Source of the DNA: Octopus vulgaris
Lineage: Eukaryota
Direction of reading: 5' to 3'
Length of the DNA stretch: 64,000 bases
Assembly: GCA_951406725.2 (NCBI GenBank)
Contig: OX597821.1
Coordinates: forward strand, 79,298,001 to 79,362,000
In this document: in pieces, positions 38,209-51,128 of the stretch
Position numbering within the stretch: position 1 is the stretch's first letter
Layout: every line of letters starts with the position of its first letter
The notes under the pieces: model-generated
What the model saw: only the letters and a program-made list of their open reading frames with translations
What the model was told of the DNA's origin: nothing
The model's database searches: none
Position numbers and translations under genes: made by a program

Positions 38209-41055
38209 CTAGGCACCACGCAGTGGCGCCCAGTTCTGGCATTTGCGTAACTCTCGATGCCAAAGTTCAGTCCCTCCAGGATCTTCCAGATGTATATTAT
38301 GGCATATCTTTGCGCCTACGCTCCAGGGAAAACAATATAGTTTTAATCTCTTGAGTCTTTCCCAGTAGCTTACATTCTGCATAGAGGCTATCTTCTTCGT
38401 GTAGCTACGTTGGATCGCCTCGAGCTCTGTGATCAACTTGACACTGGATGGTGACCATAACTGAGAGCAGTAGTCAAAGTGGCTTAGGACAAGTGTCCTC
38501 CAGAGGACCATCATGGTTTCTTGTTCTCTTGTTCTAAAGGTTCTGAGGATCCATCCGGCCAGTCGTCTACATTTCATTGCCAATTTAGCAACATGTACAC
38601 GAAAGGTCGCGTCATCACTCATGTAAATACCTAGGTCACGCACTGATTGTGCCTCTGGGATTGCTATTCCTCCGGGTCCAGTGTATTCATTGGGTATTGC
38701 ATTTAGTTTTGCATGCTGATAGTATAGAGCTTGAAACTTTTCAGCATTGAACTGCATGCTATTCTTTTCAGCCCACTTGTATATTTTGTCCAGCTCACAT
38801 TGCAGGTGTTTAGTGTCCTCAGGGTTCTGTATTGCCTGTGAAACTTTTGTATCATCTGCATAACTTGTGATCGTGGCTCTCTGCGTGGCTGAGGGCATGT
38901 CTGAGAGGGCCATTATGAACAGTAGTGGTCCCAGAACAGTGCCCTGCGGAACACCGCTCACTATTTGCGTGTTAATGGAAGTGGCCCCATTGGCTACTAC
39001 CACCTGACTTCTATCTTTCAGAAAGTCATGAAGCCATTCTCCCAGTTTTCCAACTATGTTGAGATCACGCAGTTTGTGACATATCATTCCATGATCGACT
39101 TTATCAAAGGCCTTTGCAAAGTCGAGATATATCACTTCCACATTTGAGTGGTTGAGCAGCCGTTTCAGCACCCAGTCATAGTGTTGTAGGAGCTGAGTTA
39201 AACAGCTTCTCCCTGGTCGGAAACCATGTTGGGTGTCGGGCAGCAAGTCATTCTCTTCAAGGAAGGTGATCAGCTTCCTTCTGACTATTCGTTCCATGAC
39301 CTTGCTGATGTGTGAGGTCAGAGAGATAGGTCTGTAGTTCTTGGCTTCCGCTCTGCTACCTCCTTTATGAATGGGGCATATTTTACCTTCCTTCAGTTTT
39401 CTTGGAAGTTTGCCAGCTGCAAGGAAGCTCTGAAAGAGGAACTGCAGTGGTCTTGCTAGGACTCTCTTACATGCTTTTAGGAGGATTGCCGGGAATCCAT
39501 CGGGGCCAGTAGCTGAGTCTGTTTTCATTTCATCTATAGCCTTGATTACATCGTCTTCCTTTATATCGATGTAATCTATCGTCGCCGCCTCTGATTTTAT
39601 ATCTGCAGTGGTAAAAAAGTCAGTTGGATTGGTGATTTGGAGATGCCCAAGGGGTGGAGTGAAAACACTCTTGAATTGCTCATTCAGTATTTCACTTACC
39701 CTCATTGGTTTTCCTGTAAGTGTGCCATCCTTTTCGAGGAGTGGCCCTATTCTACAGTGCACCGTAGCTGTTTCTTTGGCATACCTGTAGAAAGCTCTGG
39801 GGTTAGATTTTATGTTGTCTATAGCCCAGGCTTCTTTGTCTGCTCTTTCTTTTTCATGGGAGAGTTGCAGACATTTTTCGATTTCCAACAGTTTTATTTT
39901 TAGGCGGGACTTTTCACTGCTTTCAATCTGTTTGTTTAGGCGATTTGAAAATTTTGTACGCCGTCTCATTAAAATTTTCCTCTCTCTGGGGATTTTGTTC
40001 TTGTGTACAGTGGCCTTTCTCTCTGGGACACATTTGTAGCATATGGCTTGCATTACAGACATGAATTGTTGAAGTTTCACGTCGATGTCTGGCGAGGAGA
40101 GACATTTAGGCCAGTTTTGTTTGAGGATCTCTTTCTCAATTTGTTTCCAGTTTGCCTTATGGTAGTTCAAGCTGGAAAGATTCTGAGGGTTTCTTGTAGG
40201 CTGCATGTCCGTGCTCTCTTTTGGCCCGTACATGGTCAGCTCTATCATGTTGTGATCCGAGAGTAGTGTCGGTGTCACTTTCACATTATGGATGAGATCC
40301 ATGTCATTTGTGAAGCAGAGATCCAGTGTGTTACCTGCCCTGGTTGGTTGGAGTATTACCTGCTCCATGTACAGGGTGTTGATGAGGTTCAGGAGGGACC
40401 TCGCCTGTCCTCGTTCACATCTTGTCATTCCTGGGAGAGAAAGGCCCTCGGGCCATCTGACATTGGGCAGATTGAAGTCTCCCATAAGAAGTACACTTAT
40501 GTGTTGTTCTAATGTGGTTAGAACTTCTTCTATTTTTATAAGGCAGTCTTCAAACTTGCCCACATGGCTTGGGGCATCTGGAGGGCGATATGTAGCACAC
40601 ACAACTACATCAAGTTGCCTAATATGTACAATTAGTGTGTCACACACCGAGTTTGAGTATGACAAGAGGACCTGGGGTGTGAGGTCCTCACGGATGTACA
40701 TAGCAACACCTCCATGACTCCTTTCTTTTCTGTCGGTCCGTAGTACAGCATACTGTGGTATGTGTAACTCCGCATCTGCTATGTCCGGTTTCAGGTGCGT
40801 TTCCGTGAGTGCTATGCATAAGGCTTGATTGCATGCAACAAAGTCTCTCAGGAACGGGATTTTTGTCCTGTTACTGAGTGTTTGCAGTCCTCTGATGTTC
40901 AGTAGGAGCATCGAGGTGAGGTGTACGTTGTTGCCGGCGGTGTCCATCCTGGGTCTGTTTGCTGTGGTGGTCTGGTATATAGTGGGTAGTCCCACCTGCG
41001 GGCTTGGGTTTGATGAAGCCAGGTCAGCTGCTGTACAATCTTTTGTGCCATGCAC
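38209..41055 (-). CDS. LINE ORF2, APE endonuclease + reverse transcriptase
   Basis: 948 aa ORF: LLNIRGL, LTETH, GDFNLP, SDH, GVPQGTVLGP, YADD. Confidence 0.93.
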   Translation of the reverse strand: MHGTKDCTAADLASSNPSPQVGLPTIYQTTTANRPRMDTAGNNVHLTSMLLLNIRGLQTLSNRTKIPFLRDFVACNQALCIALTETHLKPDIADAELHIPQYAVLRTDRKERSHGGVAMYIREDLTPQVLLSYSNSVCDTLIVHIRQLDVVVCATYRPPDAPSHVGKFEDCLIKIEEVLTTLEQHISVLLMGDFNLPNVRWPEGLSLPGMTRCERGQARSLLNLINTLYMEQVILQPTRAGNTLDLCFTNDMDLIHNVKVTPTLLSDHNMIELTMYGPKESTDMQPTRNPQNLSSLNYHKANWKQIEKEILKQNWPKCLSSPDIDVKLQQFMSVMQAICYKCVPERKATVHKNKIPRERKILMRRRTKFSNRLNKQIESSEKSRLKIKLLEIEKCLQLSHEKERADKEAWAIDNIKSNPRAFYRYAKETATVHCRIGPLLEKDGTLTGKPMRVSEILNEQFKSVFTPPLGHLQITNPTDFFTTADIKSEAATIDYIDIKEDDVIKAIDEMKTDSATGPDGFPAILLKACKRVLARPLQFLFQSFLAAGKLPRKLKEGKICPIHKGGSRAEAKNYRPISLTSHISKVMERIVRRKLITFLEENDLLPDTQHGFRPGRSCLTQLLQHYDWVLKRLLNHSNVEVIYLDFAKAFDKVDHGMICHKLRDLNIVGKLGEWLHDFLKDRSQVVVANGATSINTQIVSGVPQGTVLGPLLFIMALSDMPSATQRATITSYADDTKVSQAIQNPEDTKHLQCELDKIYKWAEKNSMQFNAEKFQALYYQHAKLNAIPNEYTGPGGIAIPEAQSVRDLGIYMSDDATFRVHVAKLAMKCRRLAGWILRTFRTREQETMMVLWRTLVLSHFDYCSQLWSPSSVKLITELEAIQRSYTKKIASMQNVSYWERLKRLKLYCFPWSVGAKICHNIHLEDPGGTELWHRELRKCQNWAPLRGA

Positions 41056-41803
41056 AAAAAAGATTGTTGCTCAGCAGCTGCCCTTTCGACAACATCATGT
41101 TGGCGGTTTGTGGCACGCACAACATCTGCGTACCTCCGCTTTGGGGCAAGTGGTGCGTGGTCCATCCCTTTTCCTTGTGTTGATGGTTTGTCCATCTGCC
41201 TCGTGTCTCTGTGGCAGGGTCCCCGATGTGCAAAGCGGCAGCCTGCACCTTCCTTTCCATGCCAGCAGGAACCTCTCAGGTAGAACCTACACACCCGTGT
41301 GCGCTGTTTGTTTCCATCTTTTGCGGTTCCACTTCTATTCCTGGTTTTTCACCCTTTGGTCCTGCTTGAGCTTTTCCTTTAGCTCTTCCAGTCCTTCTTT
41401 TAGTTCTTCCTCCTCCCTCTACCTCTTCACCGGGTTCTCCGTCTCCATGGCCCTTGCTGCCGGTTGGAGAACTTGCACCTGGGTTCACTTCCCGGGCAGG
41501 TTTCTCACTCAAAACCTCCTCCCGGGCGTCCACCAGGTGGGGGTGACTTCTTTCATCGTCTCCATTCTTGCCATCTTTGCCCCGCTCGTTCTCAAAGATG
41601 GCATCAAGTGCGCCAATGTGCGACCGTATAAGCGCATATGAGCGCACGAATTCCCGTCTCTTTCGCTCCATCTGAGCCGCTGTCCTCTTGTAGCCGTTGT
41701 TCTTCAGCGCAGCCGCAATCACCTCGCTAGGGCTATCTCCGTCGGCGCACTTCCAGGCTCGTACGAATAAATCTAGTTCGTCAGGTCTCCAGGCTCTGGA
41801 CAT
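40899..41803 (-). pseudogene. LINE ORF1: Myb/trihelix-like domain + CCCH finger, one frameshift
   Basis: AWRPDELDLFVRAW...VIAAALKNNGYKRTAAQMERKRREF; CRFYLRGSCWHGKEGAGCRFAH. Confidence 0.75.
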
Positions 41804-41864
41804 GCTGGATAATCTGTCTATTTGTTTATCTATCTAACTATGTTCGAGAGAAGACAAGAAGATA

Positions 41865-42615
41865 TTAAGGCTAATTAGAAGATAGAGTATTTGAAAAAAA
41901 TATTAACAATATTAAAGTTTGTGGGTAAAAACGTTATTTAATCTTAAGGCTAATTAGGAGATAGAGTATCTTAACAAATATTAATATTATATTAAAGTGT
42001 GGGTAAAACGTTATTTAATCTTAAGGCTAATTAGTAGATAGAGTATTCAAAAATATATTAAAGTGTGGGTAAAAATGTTAAAGTGTGGGTAAAAACGTTA
42101 TTTAATCTTAAGGCTAATTAGAGGATAGAGTATTATTAATATTAACAATATTAAAGTTTGTGGGTAAAAACGTTATTTAATCTTAAGGCTAATTAGGAGA
42201 TAGAGTATCTGAAAATATGTTAACAATATTAATATTATATTAAAGTGTGGATAAAAACGTTATTTAATCTTAAGGCTAATTAGAAGATAGAGTATTCAAA
42301 AATATATTAAAGTGTGGGTAAAAATGTTAAAGTGTGGGGTAAAAAAACGTTATTTAATCTTAAGGCTAATTAGAGGATAGAGTATCTGAAAATATATTAA
42401 CAAATATTAAAATGTGGGTAAAAAGGCTAATTAGAATATATTAAAGTGTGGGTAAAAAAAATAGAAGATATTAAAGTGTGGGTAAAAACGTTGTTTATTC
42501 TTAAGGCTAATTAGAAGATAGAGTATCTGAAAAATTATTAACAATGTTAAACAATATTAAACAATATTAAACGTTATTTAATCTTAAGGCTAATTAGAAG
42601 ATAGAGTATCTGAAA
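41865..42615. repeat. Tandem monomers (~60-85 bp) in the LINE 5' UTR
   Basis: About 10 copies of taaggctaattagaagatagagtat...aaagtgtgggtaaaaacgttatttaatc. Confidence 0.9.
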
Positions 42616-43159
42616 GAGGAGAGATGAGAGGGTAAGAAAGAGAGGAAAGATTATTTATCTATCTAAAGTTCGTGAAAGTTCACGTCCATGCATATATACG
42701 CATACATATATACATACACGCACACATATATACATACACGTGCACACACACACATACACACACATATACACAGACGGAAAGAGAAGGAAGGTGGAAGAAA
42801 AAGAAAGTGAGTGAAAATATATTAAAATATATATATTAAAGTGTGAAGAAAGGGTTATTTAATTCTGAAGCCAATTTCTGCCTTCGAGAACAGATATTGA
42901 GATGTAAACAAAACAAAAATGGCGATCGTAACTTTAACGGAGATGTGGGCTTAAGTTAAGGGGGATAAAATAGGATAATAAACAAAATATGAAATAGAAG
43001 ATGAAAGTGATACTTAATCCAACGATGTGGTCTGGATTTTTTGTGGTTTACGGGATTGTTTTCCAGGAGAGATGCTTCTTTTTCCTTCTTGCAGGAGATA
43101 ACTTGATTCAGTGAGTTTTTCCACCATGTGTGTTTTCGGCGAAAATGAAAATTACTGTA

Positions 43160-43204
<45 letters not shown>

Positions 43205-43340
43205 TTTTAACCAAAGTGTTGTAATGATCTCTATGACTTAGAGTTTTACGTTTTGCTACTTCAGTAGGTTATTTCGCCGATCTATGCAAACTTTTTCACA
43301 GAGCAAAGGCAATCACGTCTCTCTCTGCTGAAAACGGGAC

Positions 43341-43393
<53 letters not shown>

Positions 43394-45152
43394 GAGTAAC
43401 TTTGCATATAAGAGGAGAGAAAGAATAATTAGAAGGCTTCACGCCAGGGTTGCCAATTTAGCATATTTATGATAGATCTAGCATTTTTTTCAACATTTAA
43501 CAGAAAGTTTTTGAATTTAGCATTTAGCAGGAAAAATAGTAGATTTAAAATTTTATTTAGAATTTTTCTTTGATCATGACATTACCTCAATAGTTACACT
43601 TTTTTCATCTTTGTTTTCGTTTTCTACTTTCATTAATTTATCTTATAGCCAAATTTTAGTACTATCGGCTATAGTTGAATTTTTTTTCGCTTTCTTGAAG
43701 CTTCAAATGAAAATTTTTCATAAGGATCTTTATCAAGTTATGAACTTTTCCAGCTCCTCCGCCTCCACCTACATACATATTTCAGAATATTATCTTTAGA
43801 AATACGTGGTGTAGGTGGCATTGAAGATGTCTTAAAAATTTAATTAGTGAAAACGAATTTAGATGTAAAACTTTTACTGGCTATAGGAACCAACAAGGCT
43901 AAAGAAATGAATCAACAATGGTGTTTTCCAGAAATTAAAAGAAGTTCCATCATTACTTCTATTTAGAAGGTTATGTCATTCTTTACAGTTGGCAGTATCC
44001 CACACTTGGACTGAAATTTAGCATAAAATTATGATTTTAAGTTGGTTAGACTGCTTCAAACACATACGGTATTCAGTTTCATAGAGTAAAACAATTCACA
44101 TTGCTGCGGCAATAAGCTTCAAGGTCACTGACCCAAGCAAATGAGAGAACAAAAAGCTATGATGATGATGTTGATCACCAGCATCATCATCATCATCATC
44201 ATCATCGTCGTCGTCGTCGTCATGATTGTAACGTCCATCAGTTCATAATGCTTGGGTTGAACGGTGTTCATTGTTCAGATATTCTACACACGAATCCCTT
44301 TCCTCTCGCTAGCCACCGCCTCTTTCCGAGAAAGAAACAACATTGTCAAAGATGGACATATTTTTAAACAGGCAGTTAAAGATGAATCTCATCGCTTGTG
44401 TGATGGTGACGCTCGTTTACGACAGTTCCGAGATGAAAAAAAGGGGAAAACACAAATAAAAATGCATTCATATACACATATTATATATACCCATAAATAT
44501 AATAATATAAATATATATGTGTGTACTTTTATATACACACATATTCATACACACCGGAAAAGATGTCCGGCAGAATAGGGATGGATGACCACAGAAGGAT
44601 TTGTACCAAACTTTGGCATTAAAATCTCTACAAATACCCGAAGAGGGCGCAACTGCATAGTGACAAAGTGGTCACATTCGTATATACACAAAGAGATATT
44701 CATACACACACACGTCTATGTTTAGGAGTGTGTGTTTGTGTGCGAGTAAGTGTGAGGTGGATATTTCTTGGGTGCAACCAGGATGTTAAGCAGAAAAGTC
44801 ACTAATTTGCAGCTATTTCATTTGCTCTCAAATGCAATAAAGTATACAAAGGTTTATATAGTGTATGATTTTATACAATTATATAATGCCTACGCATATG
44901 TATGTACGAACACACACACATTCGCAAATATATGCGTGTGTGTGCGTTTATATGTGTCTATATGTGGGATAGACACCATATTGATAAAACACAAAAGATA
45001 TTCACCATTGTGCAATGAATTACGTCTCAAAATTGTCGAACTACTCAAGCAAATATCTTATTTAACAACGAGTGTTGCAGTAGGAGTTGAGGCGTGAATG
45101 CAAAAGGATTATATATCATAATCATCATAATCATTGCGACAGTATGTATATA

Positions 45153-45238
<86 letters not shown>

Positions 45239-45391
45239 CGTGTGTGAGTGCATGTGTGGTAGGATTTGAGACGTGAATGCAAAAGGATAATATATCATAA
45301 TCATTGCGACAGTATATATATATATATATATATATATAAATATATATTATATACATGCATACATACATACATACATACATACATACATACA

Positions 45392-45423
<32 letters not shown>

Positions 45424-45603
45424 AACATATATATGCATATATATATATATATATATAAAAGCAATTAAGATTCAAGTCAATTTTAATGAATTCACTTGAA
45501 TGCGGTACTTAACTTAGATGCACCAGAAAACTATATGGTATTAACCATACAATAATGTGGGGTGATTATAAACGAGAAAAAAGCAACGAGAATGGATTAG
45601 TTC

Positions 45604-45694
45604 TTTTAGTACGATTGTTTCATACAAAGACAAGCTTTATTAAAACCTGCAAAAATTGCAGCAAATACAAGTGTCCCGTACTCTTCAGCTAAAA
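45604..45694 (-). ncRNA. Type I hammerhead with extended stem II
   Basis: ttttag CTGAAGA gtac...[~50 nt]...gtat GAAA caatcg TA ctaaaa; lies in island 45461-45980 between (TA)n tracts. Confidence 0.75.
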
Positions 45695-45979
45695 CACATA
45701 TGAGTTCTCCAAGCATCCTAGTGGGTGAGGCTACACTCATGAAGTATCGGAGATAGTTCTATAAAAAGCAAATTTAGGTTGTAAGTGGACTTCCAAAGTT
45801 CTTTAATGATGATGCACAGTCTTATAACAGGTTTTAAAAAAGCTTATTAGCTTCACAGAGAAGGTGAATCAATCCATAATGTAGGTGCAACTTTCCAGAG
45901 ATATGAGGAGATATTTCATACTCACAGACGATGAATCTATCCATGATCAATCCACAATGAGGTGGGTATAATTTCTTGC

Positions 45980-46010
<31 letters not shown>

Positions 46011-46156
46011 TTATATATAGAGGGCATTATACATACATGCCAGAAGGCATTATACATACATTCCAAACGCTAAGAGGGACAATTAGTCATTTCTACCAAA
46101 AATATTACTAATCCCACCGAATGCAATTTTTCAAAGTAAGACATTTAAAAAAATAT

Positions 46157-46204
46157 AGACCTGTATCACAGTGATTTCATACTTACGTACTCATCAGCAG
46201 GCCT
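46157..46204 (-). ncRNA. Canonical type I hammerhead ribozyme
   Basis: aggcctg CTGATGA gtac-GTAA-gtat GAAA tca-ctg-tga TA caggtct; lies in island 46020-46400 between (TA)n tracts. Confidence 0.88.
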
Positions 46205-46631
46205 GAATGTATTATAAATAAACAGCGACCCTGCCCCGCTTAAGTCGATCAGCTAACTGCTCAACATCAACGAAGCACATGGGTGAGTTTACATATATTA
46301 CATCCGGATAAATGGCAAACTTTTACGAATTGCATTTCGGGAGAGGAAAAGTTTTTTCGGAATAAAAATTTAGCAATTAAGGACAACTACTTAATAAGGA
46401 ATATATATATATATATATATATATGCATACATTACGTCGAACCATTGATCCCTACCCATATTTTTAACCCCGTCCTTTTCTTTTCGTTCTTTCTCCATTT
46501 ACTTCTCTCAGCATTTTCTGTCGAAGAGCGTAGGCTCGAAACGTCATAGGTTTTTCCATTCTTCTCAAATTAAAACATCTGATTGTTCTTTCCTCACCTC
46601 TCTTCGACTTTTGTTTCATGTAAATTTGAAC

Positions 46632-46703
<72 letters not shown>

Positions 46704-46801
46704 GGTATGTAGGTATGTAGGTATGTATGCATGTATTTATACTACATGTTTCATCTGCAGAAAAATAAGCACACATATACACATACACAGATCTCTGTGT
46801 A

Positions 46802-46839
46802 TCTTTCTGTTGAAGAGCGTAGGCTCGAAACGTTAAAGA
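46802..46839 (+). ncRNA. Minimal hammerhead-like variant (second copy at 46514-46549)
   Basis: tcttt CTGTTGA a gagc-gtag-gctc GAAA cg TT aaaga; non-canonical A6U. Confidence 0.5.
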
Positions 46840-46965
46840 CTTGTTTTATTTATATTTCCTGAGCGCCATACTAATACAATTGTTTGTTTGTAGTCCACCT
46901 GCCTTCGTCTTTGTTTATTTCCGTAAACCTGCCTTCGTCTTTTGTCTATTTTCATAAAGCTTCCC

Positions 46966-47001
<36 letters not shown>

Positions 47002-47282
47002 TTGCGTGACAATGAACGTAGCTTGAATATCTGGAAATCTCCCCAAGTCGAATCTTCAGTTTTCCCCACAGGGTGTATATATACCTCCGGTACAATGGTC
47101 ATGGGTTTAGGATGTTGAAGAAATGAAGTGGAAGAGATAACTCAGGATTCTCCACACACGACCCTACCAGGAATATTGGACATAGATTGATAGTTGCATA
47201 TATACAGGTGTACAAATGTATTTATGTGTGCGTGCGAGTGTGCGTTGTTTAATTAAATGAGGAAAACAATAAACGTTATTTA

Positions 47283-47560
47283 ATATGACTGAAGCTGTTA
47301 GAACACCTAAACTGCTAGAAATAAGAGCTAAATGGCTCTGTTGCTGCTGTCAACGCACATATATACCGATCTACATATATACATATATACCGGTCTGGAG
47401 ATGAAACCGTACGGTATACAGATGTCAGTAGTTGTCAGTCGCTGTCATCTACAGTCGCTGCTTGCATGTATGTATAAAATCATATGTGCGTTGACAGCAG
47501 CAACAGAGCCATTTAGCTCTTATTTCTAGCGGCATAGGTGTTGTAACACCTTCAGTCATA
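47283..47560. repeat. Fold-back element with ~75 bp arms
   Basis: tatgactgaag...gctagaaataagagctaaatggctctgttgctgctgtcaacgcacatat and its reverse complement at 47481-47559. Confidence 0.85.
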
Positions 47561-47568
47561 GTGAAGGA

Positions 47569-48290
<722 letters not shown>

Positions 48291-48750
48291 TATGAGTGTG
48301 TGCATGTATATATGGGTGCATGTATGTATGTATGTATGTATGTATGTATGTATGTATGTATGTATGTATGACACGTACACAAACATACATACATACATAT
48401 ATACATACATACATACATACATACATACATAGAGACAGACAGACAGATAAAATAAAAAAGACAGTCGCAATTGCATAAAAGAAAATTATGTATCAAAAAT
48501 ATCAAAATTTGAAAGTAAATCTTTTATTCAGCAAGAAGAGTTGCGGTGGGAGTTAAGGAGTGAATCTAGAAGGAAGAATAAAATGAATGAATAACAAAAA
48601 AAAAAACCCACTCATGACATTACAATTTTTGGTTAATAGATTGGGGAAAGTTATTTACGTAGTTGTTACGAAGGATAAATATGAAATTCGACAGCACTTC
48701 TTCAAAAAAATACATGTATACGCATGCATATATATATATGTGTGTATACA

Positions 48751-48802
<52 letters not shown>

Positions 48803-48807
48803 ATATA

Positions 48808-49320
48808 GTGGATAATTGGTCATCCGTTAGGTTCCAAGTTCACTGCTGAGGTTGGAGCTAGGGATCCGTAGTAGGCTTCCGAGTTAGCTGTTATATATTA
48901 AAGTCAAATGGACAACAAAACCGAGGCAGGACGAGTATCTCAGGTCATTTAGAATTTTTAATTTGAATAAGGTGAAGTAGAAGTAATTAATGCCTTACAG
49001 CTGTTTTAGGGATATCCCACATGACGGGTCAGTATCTTGGGATTCTGTCATCGGAGACAAGGTGCATATTTTGGAAAGTTCCAGACAGGGAATTCACGGT
49101 GAATAAAAGAATAAAGCTGTAGACAGAAGAATAAAGACAGGAGAATAAAGTTCACAGCTCATCTTGTTCTGGAGTGTATGGAGATTAGTCCGTACTTCCG
49201 TGAAGGTATAGGTCCTTAAGTATAATGCCAGATAAATCCCGACAGTATTTTGAATGTTGCGTTCAGATTGAAGGAATAGACTTAGTGGTTAGCTTGTAGG
49301 AAAATGGGCCGCGTGAAGGT
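48808..49320 (-). mobile_element. Family B element with degenerate hammerhead (48991-49059)
   Basis: tgtct CCGATGA...atccca/tgggat...AAAA cagctg TA aggca. Confidence 0.65.
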
Positions 49321-49335
49321 ATATATATATATATA

Positions 49336-50110
49336 CTAGCTGTATAGCCCAGCGTTGCTCGGGCTTGTTTACTTTTCGACCCTTTAGAATTGGAATTTTT
49401 GAAAAGTAAAACTTTTGCATTATGTAGCTTGTTATTCTCTTTAAGTGAACATTTTTCTGGTTGAAATACACCGAAAAATGGCGACACAGCAGTAAAAAAT
49501 CGTAAAAAATAGGGAATTTCATAGAAAAAAACACATTTCTGATGTAAATAATTTTTGGTGTTAACATGGTCCGATTTGAATTTTATCTTCTATGGAAAGA
49601 AGAGCAAGCCTTCTATCATACTCTCAATTTCGGTCAAATTGTGCCGCAGGGTCTCGGAGGAGATAATGTTAGTTGAAGGCTACCAAACCTGCCATACACA
49701 GACAACTTCAGGTTTATAGATATAAACTAGCAGTATCGCCAGGCGTTGCTCGGGTTTGTTTCGACCCTTTAGAATTGGAATTTTTGAAAAGTAAAACGTT
49801 TGCATTATGTAGCTTGTTATTCTCTTTAAGTGAACATTTTTCTGGTTGAAATACACCGAAAAATGGCCCCACAGCAGTAAAAGATCGTAGAAAATAGGGA
49901 ATTTAATAGAAAACAAGCACATTTTTGATGTAAATAATGTTTGGTGTTAACATGGTCCGATTTGAATTTTTTCTCCTATGGAATGAAGAGCAAGCCTTCT
50001 TCTATCATACTCTCAATTTTGGTCAACTTGCGCCGCAGGGTCTTGGAGGAGATAATGTTAGTTGAAGGCTACCAAACCTGCCATACACAGACGACTTCAG
50101 CTTTATATAG
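49336..50110 (-). mobile_element. Two tandem ~390 bp non-autonomous Helitron-like units
   Basis: Each unit ends, on the minus strand, in a hairpin (gcccgagc-aac-gctgggc in the first) followed by CTAG|T; units start at 49336 and 49727. Confidence 0.75.
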
Positions 50111-50464
50111 TGAGAGATTTCGTCTTATCTTTCACTGCTTATACAAAACACATGACACTTTTGTCTCACGAAAGGGAACTTTTCCTTTCCTTTCACCCTT
50201 TTCAAAAAATGGCACACCGACACACAGTCTGCTCGTAAAATTAACGCGCGAGTGGCTGAGTATTCCACACACATGCATACCATAATGTAATCCTCAGGAA
50301 AAATCATCTTCACACAAAACGTGACGAGACTGGCCAATTTGAATTGCAGCTACAACTCTTTTTGCCAATTGAGCGGACTGCAGTAAGGGGTGTAGAGTAC
50401 CTCGCTCAAAAATAGCGCACCGCAGGTAGTCGTACTCATGACTTTACGATCGTGGGGCCGAATA

Positions 50465-50880
50465 CCTACTTCTTTACTAAACACAAGGGGCTAAACACAG
50501 AGTGGACAAACAAGGACAGACAAACGGATTAAATTGATTATATCGACCCCAGTGCGTAACTGGTACTTATTTAATCGACCCCGAAAGGATGAAAGGCAAA
50601 GTCGACCTCGGCGGAATTTGAACTCAGAATGTAACGGCAGACGAAATACCTATTTCTTTACTAACCACAAGGGGGTAAATACAGAAGGGACAAACAAGGA
50701 CAGACAAACGGATTGAGTCGATTACATCGATCCGAGTGGGTAACTGATACTTAATTTATCAACCCCGAAAGGATTAAAGGCAAAGTCGACCTCGGCGGAA
50801 TTTGAACTCAGAACATAGCGGCAGACGAAATACCACAAAGCATTTCGCCCGGCGTGCTAACGGTTCTGCCAGCTCGCCGC
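50465..50880 (-). mobile_element. SINE family 3 with tandemly repeated core
   Basis: Reverse complement of ggcggcgagctggcagaa...gttcaaattccgccgaggtcgactttgcctttcatcc. Confidence 0.85.
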
Positions 50881-51128
50881 TCGTGGGCCGAATACCTCTA
50901 ATCTCTGAGGCACACATCTTCACTCTCTTAACCGTAGAGAAGAGGAGTGAAGCGATAGAGGCAGAGAATGGAAAGCATCAGTCATCTACAATAAAAATTA
51001 GACTGAAATACGATCGATCCTTCTTTACTTTTAACAATGAAGAAGAGGGAAAGCCCTTTAGTAATGTATAGAAGGAAAATCTTTCAGGTGTTTACGTTTT
51101 TATTCTGGGAGTTCTAGAACGATCGACT

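Larger units (their letters stand above)
36456..43155 (-). mobile_element. Full-length CR1/L2-type LINE with tandem-repeat 5' UTR, internal 1.4 kb duplication and (AATC)n tail
   Basis: ORF1 41803-40899, ORF2 41055-38209, duplicated RT 3' part 37895-36549; (gatt)n tail and (TA)n flanks. Confidence 0.9.

Noticed and set aside
41276-41330. Programmed frameshift between the Myb and CCCH parts of ORF1
   Set aside because: The break lies at a different relative position in the other LINE; decay or sequencing error is simpler
43445-44045. Possible hAT element starting cagggttgcca
   Set aside because: No convincing matching right TIR or TSD found
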